A DNA stretch of 64,000 bases from Gammaproteobacteria bacterium. Its GTDB lineage: Bacteria > Pseudomonadota > Gammaproteobacteria > Steroidobacterales > Rariloculaceae. The notes under the pieces are model-generated. The model searched no databases, was not told the DNA's origin, and saw only the letters and a program-made list of their open reading frames with translations. The number at the start of each line of letters is the position of its first letter. The stretch's first letter is position 1. The stretch covers positions 2,220-66,219 of the forward strand of contig JAJDWR010000044.1 in NCBI GenBank assembly GCA_022825505.1, read 5' to 3'. This document shows positions 28,802 through 36,331 of the stretch, piece by piece. A program made the translations under genes and the position numbers.

Positions 28802-31009
28802 ATGAGCATTACGCGTCGAAAATTTCTGGAGTCCTCTGCAGCAGTCACGGCCGCGGCGCTTGGCAGCGGTTGCCAGACGGTTGCAACGCCTGCAACCGGC
28901 GACTCGGCCGGCGGGCGCCGCCCGAATCCGGACCGTAAACCGAACATTCTGATCGCGGTACTCGATGACGTCGGTTTCGGCGACCTCGGGTGCTATGGGT
29001 CGGATGTTCCCACCCCATGCATCGACCGTCTGGCCGCCAATGGCGTCCGCTACAACAACTTTCATGTGACGTCACTGTGTGCGCCGACCCGGGCAAGCCT
29101 GCTGACCGGTGTCAATGCTCACGCCGCCGGTGTGGGAAACATCGCCGAATGGGGGCGGGACCATCCCGGATACCGTGGCTGGATTCGCGACGATGTACGC
29201 ACACTGGCCGAAATTCTGGGCCCGGCAGGCTACCAAAACTACGCAGTGGGCAAGTGGCACTTGTCGACCGTGACGGGCCGCAACGCCACCGGCCCTTTCG
29301 ATCAGTGGCCCACGGGCAGGGGATTCGATCACTGGTACGGCTTTCACGGCGCGGCGGCCGATCACTGGCACCCGGAACTGTTCCGCAACCGCAGGGCGAC
29401 GTATCCGGACAAGACCGCAGGCTACCATCTGACCACGGACCTCGTGGATCAATCCATGGCCTTCATCCGGGATCACCTGGTCGCATCGGCCGATGTACCG
29501 TTCTTCCTGTATCTCTCGTTCGGCGCCTGTCACTTTCCCTACCATGTCCCTGCCGACTACATGGCAAGGCATCGCGGCGTTTACGACGCCGGATGGGATG
29601 CGATACGCGAGCAGAGATTCGCTCGCCAGCAGGCGATGGGGATCGTGCCGGCCAATGCGGAACTTGCCCCGCGCGACGAACTCGTGCCCGCCTGGCGCGA
29701 TATTACCGACGACGAGAGGCGGTTCGGTGCGCGAACGCAGGAAGCGTATGCGGGGTTCCTCCACCATACGGACGATCAACTGCAACGCCTCGTGGACTTC
29801 CTGGAGCGAAGCGGGCAGCTTGACGACACCATCCTCATGGTCCTGTCCGACAACGGCGCCGGCTCCTGGGGACCTCCCGCCGGCCGGCTGGACGTTCACC
29901 GAGTCGTCTACATCGAACCGGAGACGATCGGGGAGCTGATCGCCAATATCGACAAGGTCGGCAGCGAACGGAGTCAGCCGAGCTACGGTCCCGGTTGGGC
30001 ACAGGCCAGCAATACGCCTCTCAAGTTCTACAAGGGCGACACGTACGAAGGCGGCATCCGCGCGCCGCTGGTGGTCCATTGGCCCGGCGGCGACCTGCCG
30101 GGAAACGAGATCCTCACGCAATACCATCACGTGACGGACATCGTGCCGACGCTCCTGGAACTGGCCGGTCAACCGGCGGAGCCCCTGGACGGCATCAGCC
30201 TCGCCTATACGCTGGATTCGCCGAACGAACCGACGCGCAAGGAGATCCAATACTACGAGACCGCCGGAGACCGCGCGATCTGGATGGACGGATGGAAAGC
30301 CGTCACTCAGCATGTGTCCGATACGCCCTTCGAGGAAGACGAATGGGCGCTCTACCATTCACGGGACGACTTTTCCGAAATCCACGACAGGGCGGCGGAG
30401 TTTCCCGCCCGTGTCGAGGAAATGGTTGCCGCCTGGAGGTGGGAAGCGGAGCGCAACAATGTGCTTCCGCTGGTGGACGATGTGCTGTCGCTCGAGGCGG
30501 GCGTCGCGCCGCAGCCGCAATCCCGCTACGTGTTCTACCCCGATACCACCCGCATCGACCGCCGAAGCGCGCCGGACATCTTCAGCCACGACTACACGAT
30601 TCTGGCCGAGGTCGAGATCGTCAGCGGCCCCGCCAACGGGGTGTTGCTGGCATCCGGCGACAGCATGGCAGGGTACGAATTGTTGATGATCGACGGGTAC
30701 CTTGAATTCACCTATGTGTATACGCGCGGTCAGCGCTACTCGGTGAGGTCCGGGGATCGCGTTCCCGACGGCCGGCACGAACTGGGATTGCGCGGCCGAA
30801 AGACTTCCGCAACCTCCGGGCATGTCGAACTGTTTGTCGACGGCAACTCGGCCGGGTCCGTGGATATTCCCGGGATGTGGGAAGTCAGGAGCCTGAACTC
30901 AGGGGTGCGCTGCGGCGAGAATCGCGGCGCACCGATCAGCCACTCCTACACGGGTTCGTTCAGGTTCGACCAGATTCTCGAGCGGCTCACCGTCACTTTG
31001 GACATTTGA
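28802..31009 (+). CDS. Arylsulfatase-family (formylglycine-dependent) sulfatase with Tat signal and C-terminal LamG/jelly-roll-like domain
   Basis: Twin-arginine signal MSITRRKFLESSAAV..ALGSGC (possible lipobox). Sulfatase signature ..SLCAPTRASLLTG.. (C-x-P-x-R) after ..ILIAVLDDVGFGDLGCYG.. 735 aa. Confidence 0.9.
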   Translation: MSITRRKFLESSAAVTAAALGSGCQTVATPATGDSAGGRRPNPDRKPNILIAVLDDVGFGDLGCYGSDVPTPCIDRLAANGVRYNNFHVTSLCAPTRASLLTGVNAHAAGVGNIAEWGRDHPGYRGWIRDDVRTLAEILGPAGYQNYAVGKWHLSTVTGRNATGPFDQWPTGRGFDHWYGFHGAAADHWHPELFRNRRATYPDKTAGYHLTTDLVDQSMAFIRDHLVASADVPFFLYLSFGACHFPYHVPADYMARHRGVYDAGWDAIREQRFARQQAMGIVPANAELAPRDELVPAWRDITDDERRFGARTQEAYAGFLHHTDDQLQRLVDFLERSGQLDDTILMVLSDNGAGSWGPPAGRLDVHRVVYIEPETIGELIANIDKVGSERSQPSYGPGWAQASNTPLKFYKGDTYEGGIRAPLVVHWPGGDLPGNEILTQYHHVTDIVPTLLELAGQPAEPLDGISLAYTLDSPNEPTRKEIQYYETAGDRAIWMDGWKAVTQHVSDTPFEEDEWALYHSRDDFSEIHDRAAEFPARVEEMVAAWRWEAERNNVLPLVDDVLSLEAGVAPQPQSRYVFYPDTTRIDRRSAPDIFSHDYTILAEVEIVSGPANGVLLASGDSMAGYELLMIDGYLEFTYVYTRGQRYSVRSGDRVPDGRHELGLRGRKTSATSGHVELFVDGNSAGSVDIPGMWEVRSLNSGVRCGENRGAPISHSYTGSFRFDQILERLTVTLDI

Positions 31010-31020
31010 TGGAGCACTAG

Positions 31021-32628
31021 ATCAGCAGTTTCGGCACACTGAACTGGGCGATCCTGATTGCCTACATCGTCGGTACGCTTGTTCTGGGGTACTTCCTCAG
31101 CAAGCGCGTCAAGACCGCACAGCATTACTTCGTCGGCCGGCGAACGACGCCCTGGTGGGTGATCGGGGTGTCGGTTGTCGCCACCTATATCGGCGCGCTC
31201 ACGTTTCTGGGTGGACCGGCCTGGTCATACGTGGATGGATTCTCGGTCATCTTCATCCACATCAACTACCCCATCGCCATCTTCATAGTTGCAACGCTGT
31301 TCCTGCCGTTCTTCTACAACAGCGGTTGCGCGTCCATTTTCGACTACCTGGAGCGGCGCTTCGGCCTGACCTCGCGAACCGTCATGTCCGCCGTCTTCCT
31401 GCTGGGGAACATCGCCTACTCGGGAATCATGCTGTATACGACGGCGCTGGTGCTGGAGTTCATCACCGGAATCGACGTGGTTACCGCGATCCTGATCGTT
31501 GCCGCCGTGGCTGTCACCTATACCATGCTGGGCGGGATATCCGCGGTGATCTGGACCGATTTCATCCAGACAGGGATCCTGTTTTTCGGCGCCATCGTCA
31601 CGGTTGTGCTGCTCTTGGGTGAGTTGCCCGGGGGCCTTCACGAGACACTTCAGTCGCTCAAGGCGATCGGCAAGACCAACCCCTTCGAAACCACCATCGA
31701 CCCGTCCGTCGTCGGAACCATCTGGACCGGGGTCATCGCCATGTCCATCTACCACGTGGTGGTCTATGGGGTGAACCAGATGATCGTCCAGCGCACTCTG
31801 GCGGCCCGGTCGGTGGGCGATGCGAAGAAGGCCTACATCCTCATGGGCTACGTGGCGTTCTTCATCTTCGTGCTGTTCTTCGGACTTGGCATCCTCTTCT
31901 ACAGCTACTACGGCGGCAGGCCGTTCGACAACGAGAATCTCATCGTGCTGGAATTCGTGGCCACAATGGGATTTCCCGGATTGATGGGCATCGTGACGGC
32001 GGCGATCGTGGCCGCTGCCATGTCCAGCCTGGATTCGAGCCTGAACTCCATGGCGACGGTGACCACGCTGGACTTCTACGAGAAGTTCTTCAAGAAGGAC
32101 GGGTCCCAGCGGCATTATCTCGTCGCTTCGCGGTGGTTCACGCTGTTCTGGGCGGTGTTCATGGTGGTGCCGGCGATCATCTTTACCCGCTCGGGCGGGT
32201 CGGTGCTCGAGATTCTCAGCAAGGTCGGTTCGTTCTTCGTCGGCGCGAAGCTTGCCATGTTCGGTCTCGGGTTTTTCTCCAGGCACACCAACGAAAAAGG
32301 GCTGTTGATCGGCGTGGCCGCCGGTTTCGTGGCGCTGGCATACGTGGAGTATGCACTGGACGTTGCATGGCCCTGGTATTGTGCTCTCGGTGGAATCGTA
32401 AGCGTCGCGGTGGGCTGGACGGCGAGCATTCTGCTGGGCGGGTTCCGGAATGAAGACGATCCCTATACGGTTAGGGGGCAGCTTCGGCGGTACGAGGAAG
32501 AGGGGCTACCGTTGATGGAAGGGGGGTGGTATGTGGTCGCCGGGAAGATCGACCGTGCCAGTTATCCGTTACTGGCGTTCTTTGTGCTTTGCGTGATCGG
32601 TCTCTGGATCACCGAAACTCTGATTTAG
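31021..32628 (+). CDS. Sodium:solute symporter (SSS) family transporter, copy 2, with a defective or non-canonical start
   Basis: Clear full-length paralog of 21460..23070, with roughly three in five residues identical in a by-eye alignment. Homology begins at ATC 31021 (ISSFGTLNWAILIAY.. versus MGTFGTLNWAILIAY..). In-frame upstream lies ATG(31009)-GAG-CAC-TAG(31018). The first canonical start downstream is GTG 31159, which would delete TM1. Confidence 0.75.
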   Translation: MSSFGTLNWAILIAYIVGTLVLGYFLSKRVKTAQHYFVGRRTTPWWVIGVSVVATYIGALTFLGGPAWSYVDGFSVIFIHINYPIAIFIVATLFLPFFYNSGCASIFDYLERRFGLTSRTVMSAVFLLGNIAYSGIMLYTTALVLEFITGIDVVTAILIVAAVAVTYTMLGGISAVIWTDFIQTGILFFGAIVTVVLLLGELPGGLHETLQSLKAIGKTNPFETTIDPSVVGTIWTGVIAMSIYHVVVYGVNQMIVQRTLAARSVGDAKKAYILMGYVAFFIFVLFFGLGILFYSYYGGRPFDNENLIVLEFVATMGFPGLMGIVTAAIVAAAMSSLDSSLNSMATVTTLDFYEKFFKKDGSQRHYLVASRWFTLFWAVFMVVPAIIFTRSGGSVLEILSKVGSFFVGAKLAMFGLGFFSRHTNEKGLLIGVAAGFVALAYVEYALDVAWPWYCALGGIVSVAVGWTASILLGGFRNEDDPYTVRGQLRRYEEEGLPLMEGGWYVVAGKIDRASYPLLAFFVLCVIGLWITETLI

Positions 32629-32648
32629 CTTGTTGGTTTCCGTGGGGC

Positions 32649-32799
32649 GTCGTGAGGTTGTGTGCGGACAGCCCTCGCGGGCTTAACTTCACCCGCCATC
32701 CCTGGCCGGCTCAAATCGGCGCGCGGCGCTCCTGGCCGTCCATGGCCCAGCGCCGCGCGCACGACGCCCGCGAGGGCTGTCCGCACACAACCTCACGAC
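32649..32799. repeat. Palindromic intergenic repeat, family copy 3
   Basis: 33-nt arms gtcgtgaggttgtgtgcggacagccctcgcggg (32649-32681) and cccgcgagggctgtccgcacacaacctcacgac (32767-32799) are exact reverse complements. The core is the conserved cttaac..cccgccatccctggccgg..ggcgctcctggccgtccatggcc..cacgac. Confidence 0.9.
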
Positions 32800-33800
32800 T
32801 TTGTCGGGCTGATCGAAGTGCAGCGGTCCAGGGCGTCTACGCCGAGCAGGCGGAGGTAGTGAAGTAGGTCGATGAAGATCCAGTTTTCGGCCAGCTTGTC
32901 GCCGTCGCGGCGGTAAATGTCGACGACGCGCATCTCCGTGGGCCTGCCGGACGCGGGCAAACCGAGAAAGCCTTCGCCCTGTTTCATGTTCATGTTGGGC
33001 CAGCCGAACCAGCCGCCGTAGGTGCCTTCTGCGTGCTCCAGCACGTGGCCGTTGAAGCGGATGTCTACCAGGCCGCGGCGAAACGGCTGCTGGTGCTGAA
33101 GCTGGTACCGTTCGATGGTACAGGTGGCGCCGATTCCCCAGGGGCCGAACCAGATCATGTCTTCGTGCCAGGTCCTGCGCAGCATGTCGGCGGGCGATTC
33201 CATGCTGTCGCCGACAAGGTCGTCGCACATCCGAAGGATGAGGTCCAGGGTCTTGCGGGATTCGGCCTCGTCCTGGGGGTCGAAAAGCACGCCGTCGGCG
33301 GTTCGCGGCCCCGGATTGACGATTGCGGCGCCGGTCTGTACGGGCAGCGGTTGTAGTCCCGCCTGCATCATTACGCTGATGATGTCCACCCAGAGCGCCG
33401 ACTCGGCGATCCGTCCGTCTTCGATGCGATGGAACTCGCAGTAGGGCAGGAGCACGATCTTGCCGGTGGGAGGGATTCCCAGCCAGGGGTTGTCCATGAG
33501 GCCCATGAACTTCCCCATGCTGGTGACCCAGAGTGCGCCGTCGATGAAGTTCGGGCCGGCGAAGAAGATGTCCTGGCGTCGCTGCATGGCATTCAACGAC
33601 TTGCGCAACGGCTGCCAGACCGTGGCCGCGACGGCATCGGCGCCGTCAAGCTCGTTGAACGGGTGGACGCCGCGAAAATGGTAGTTGGCGGCGGCGTAAT
33701 GCCCGATCGCGGCGGCGATTCCGTCCGGCGGGGCGGCTTCGGTCGCCCGGAAGTAGTCCAGTACGATGGCCTTGGCCGTTTGAATCTTGTCGGTACGCAC
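32793..33800 (-). CDS. Tandem SnoaL-like/NTF2-fold protein, type A copy 2
   Basis: 335 aa. Paralog of 15639..16661 (..IPPTGKIVLLPYCEFHRIEDGRIAESALWVDIISVMMQAG.. and ..LPASGRPTEMRVVDIYRRDGDKLAENWIFIDLLHYLRLLG..). The stop codon lies inside repeat copy 3. Confidence 0.7.
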   Translation of the reverse strand: MRTDKIQTAKAIVLDYFRATEAAPPDGIAAAIGHYAAANYHFRGVHPFNELDGADAVAATVWQPLRKSLNAMQRRQDIFFAGPNFIDGALWVTSMGKFMGLMDNPWLGIPPTGKIVLLPYCEFHRIEDGRIAESALWVDIISVMMQAGLQPLPVQTGAAIVNPGPRTADGVLFDPQDEAESRKTLDLILRMCDDLVGDSMESPADMLRRTWHEDMIWFGPWGIGATCTIERYQLQHQQPFRRGLVDIRFNGHVLEHAEGTYGGWFGWPNMNMKQGEGFLGLPASGRPTEMRVVDIYRRDGDKLAENWIFIDLLHYLRLLGVDALDRCTSISPTKS

Positions 33801-33803
33801 GGC

Positions 33804-34934
33804 TCAGGCGGCCAACTGCATCATCAGATCCAGTTCGTTGAAGAGCAGCCATTCGCGGACGATCCTGCCGCCGGCGATCTCATGCTGGGTAATGCCCCAG
33901 ATCTGTATTGGCTTGCCCGTCGGTTCGCCATAGAGTCCCGGGCCGGTATGCGTGCCCTCGGCGCTCCACCGCTCCGACGTCAGGTAGCCGTCGACGTCGT
34001 TGCCCATCCAGTAGACTTCGTCCACCTGGACTTCCAGGTCGGGAAACGCTCCGAGAATCGAATCGAGAAACTCCCGGTAGTTGCCCGCTCCGCAGAACTT
34101 GCGGTCGGTGGGGCCTTCGAACCCGAACCCGGTGGCGTAGGTTGCCGCCAGCGCCTCGAGGTTGCGGCGATTCCAGAGTTCGTCGATGGTGTGCCGGGCC
34201 ACTCGGTCGATGTCGAAGCCATCGATCGGCTGGGCGACGTGGATGGGCCGCTCAGGCCGGGCCGAACTCCGCAGGCTGTCCCAGACCGCCGCATCCCGCG
34301 GCCAGCCGGCGGGTGGCGAAGCGGCCAGCGCGGGAACGATGTCCCCCAGATTGTGACCGAGTTGCTGAAGCATGCTCGAGTTGTTGTAGAGCACGTGTTC
34401 GAGAAAGATCTCGTTCTCCAGCGCCACGCAGTTGGCGATGACGAGTACGTCGATGTACCGGTTGGTGGCAGGGCCGTAGCGGCTGTCGCCGTCGTTGGTG
34501 CCGCGAATTATGGTGCGGTGCGACGTGTGGTAGCCGATCTCGTCGTCACCCGCCCACACGATTTCGTCGGCGATGAGCTTGATGTCGGAAAAGGCGCCGG
34601 TGGTGTGATGGGTATCGTCGATGATCTTCCGGCAGCCGTGCTGCAGGCCGTAGTCGTCGAACACCTGCGACGAGTCGGAGTAGGTGTCTGCGATGTACTC
34701 GACTTCGCGGTCTTCCCAGATTCTGTACGTGATGCGGACGATGTAATCGATGATGTTCCGATAGGTCTCCTCGAAACCTCGCATGGACTGCATCGGCCCG
34801 TAATCATCCGGTATGCGTGTTTCCTGCCGCGTGCCGCGTCGGGTGTATTTCTGCAGCGAAATCGAATAGCCGGTCGGCATGTGTTCGCGGGAAAGAGGGC
34901 GGGCGACTCGCGGACGTTCCCTGTCGTCAGTCAT
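33804..34934 (-). CDS. Tandem SnoaL-like/NTF2-fold protein, type B copy 2
   Basis: Paralog of 17841..18866 (..YIVRITYRIWEDREVEYIADTY.., ..SAEGTHTGPGLYGEPTGKPIQIWGITQHEIAGGRIVREWLLFNELDLMMQL..). Start uncertain: ATG 34934, 34880, 34793 or 34784. A 3-nt gap separates it from the type A gene downstream. Confidence 0.7.
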   Translation of the reverse strand: MTDDRERPRVARPLSREHMPTGYSISLQKYTRRGTRQETRIPDDYGPMQSMRGFEETYRNIIDYIVRITYRIWEDREVEYIADTYSDSSQVFDDYGLQHGCRKIIDDTHHTTGAFSDIKLIADEIVWAGDDEIGYHTSHRTIIRGTNDGDSRYGPATNRYIDVLVIANCVALENEIFLEHVLYNNSSMLQQLGHNLGDIVPALAASPPAGWPRDAAVWDSLRSSARPERPIHVAQPIDGFDIDRVARHTIDELWNRRNLEALAATYATGFGFEGPTDRKFCGAGNYREFLDSILGAFPDLEVQVDEVYWMGNDVDGYLTSERWSAEGTHTGPGLYGEPTGKPIQIWGITQHEIAGGRIVREWLLFNELDLMMQLAA

Positions 34935-34960
34935 TGAATTGGCGCTATCCAGTGATTATT

Positions 34961-34990
34961 TTTGCATTGGAAGTACATTTTGCCGAATGA
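34961..34990. promoter_or_regulatory. Third copy of the 17-mer (TTTGCATTGGAAGTACA, 1 mismatch) with a distal CCGAATGA half-site
   Basis: 34961-34977 matches the sites at 17770-17786 and 24169-24185 at 16 of 17 positions. Lies in the divergent region between SnoaL type B copy 2 and trpS. Confidence 0.45.
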
Positions 34991-35191
34991 GTGCTTCCGT
35001 GTCATCAGACCAGGCGGTGCGGTGGCCGGATCAGCGGCATCACCAGGGGGTGGCAGAAGGGTTGGCACGCCCCTGCTTTCGCCGGAACCTGTTCTGACGG
35101 GTTGAGACAGCCCGCGCGCCGCCACGCGCCCCGCTTTCGGTTAAAATCGCGCCACCTTCCAGACACCAGTCCCACCGGCTGCCGCAGATCC

Positions 35192-36193
35192 ATGGAAACA
35201 GTACTCACGGGAATCACCACCACCGGCGTGCCGCATATCGGCAACTACGTGGGTGCGATTCGGCCTACCGTGATCGCCAGCCGGGACAAGAGCGTCAAGT
35301 CCTACTACTTCGTGGCCGATTACCATTCCCTGATCAAGAGCAGCGATCCGGACCGGCTGGCGCGTTCGACGCTGGAAGTCGCGGCAAGCTGGCTGGCCGC
35401 GGGCCTGGACCCGGACTGCGTGTTCTACCGGCAGTCGGATATCCCGGAGATCATGGAGCTGACCTGGGTGCTGACCTGCATGACGGCCAAGGGCCTCATG
35501 AACCGGGCCCACGCCTACAAGGCGGCCGTTGCCGAAAACGAAGCCCGGCGCAACCGGGATCCGGACAAGGCCATCACCATGGGCCTTTATTCCTATCCGA
35601 TCCTGATGGCCGCCGACATCCTCATGTTCAAGGCTCACAAGGTGCCCGTGGGCCGCGACCAGATCCAGCACGTGGAGATGGCGCGGGATATCGCCGGGCG
35701 ATTCAATCATCACTTCGGCGAGACCTTCGTGCTTCCCGAAGCCGTGGTGGGCGAAAACACCGCCGTGCTGCCCGGCCTGGACGGCCGCAAGATGTCCAAG
35801 AGCTACGCCAACACGATTCCGCTGTTCGCACCGGAAAAACGGCTGCGCAAGCTGATCATGCGGATCAAGACCAACTCCCAGGAGCCCGGCGAGCCGAAGG
35901 ATCCCGACACCAGCGCGCTCTACGCCATCTATCGGGCCTTCTGCACCGACGGGGAAGCCGCAGCCATTCGCGAGCGGTACCGCGCCGGCATCGCCTGGGG
36001 CGAGATGAAGAAGGTGCTGTTCGAGTACCTGAACGACCAGCTCAAGGGTCCCCGGGCGGAGTACGAGCGGCTGATGGATGCGCCCGACTACGTGGAAGGC
36101 GTGCTCTGCCGCGGCGCCGAACGGGCCCGTGAGGTGAGCGTCCCGTACATGGATGAGATCCGCCGCGCCGTCGGCTTCCGCAAGCTCGGCTGA
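35192..36193 (+). CDS. trpS: tryptophan--tRNA ligase
   Basis: ATG 35192 inside ORF 34991..36193 gives METVLTGITTTGVPHIGNYVGAIRP.. (HIGH motif) and ..KMSKS.., 333 aa. Confidence 0.95.
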   Translation: METVLTGITTTGVPHIGNYVGAIRPTVIASRDKSVKSYYFVADYHSLIKSSDPDRLARSTLEVAASWLAAGLDPDCVFYRQSDIPEIMELTWVLTCMTAKGLMNRAHAYKAAVAENEARRNRDPDKAITMGLYSYPILMAADILMFKAHKVPVGRDQIQHVEMARDIAGRFNHHFGETFVLPEAVVGENTAVLPGLDGRKMSKSYANTIPLFAPEKRLRKLIMRIKTNSQEPGEPKDPDTSALYAIYRAFCTDGEAAAIRERYRAGIAWGEMKKVLFEYLNDQLKGPRAEYERLMDAPDYVEGVLCRGAERAREVSVPYMDEIRRAVGFRKLG

Positions 36194-36331
36194 AGGTATG
36201 CGCAGCGCGACCGCCGCGAAAATCGGGAATGTTCAAGCGACGAGCAACGCAGCCGGGCGGGATGCATCGCCGGTCGATCGGCCGTCTCCGGCCAGCCGGT
36301 ACGGCCCATACCGCGGGACTTTCGCCACGGG

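Noticed and set aside
32526-32867. Small ORFs translating the palindromic repeats into ..HPW(P/R)AQIGARRSWPSMA(Q/P)RRAHDA.. peptides: 32526..32867, 32662..32859, 42776..42958, 42846..43061, 53150..53701, 53173..53493, 53202..53399 and 18432..18977
   Set aside because: The shared peptide is a by-product of a repeated DNA palindrome read in several frames and on both strands. The copies sit in intergenic gaps and the ORFs have no independent coding signal.
15332-35191. Idea that the 20-kb accessory locus is a recently acquired mobile genomic island
   Set aside because: No integrase, transposase, tRNA/tmRNA attachment site or flanking direct repeats were seen. GC content and codon style look like the rest of the window, apart from the short AT-rich patch at 15.4-15.5 kb.
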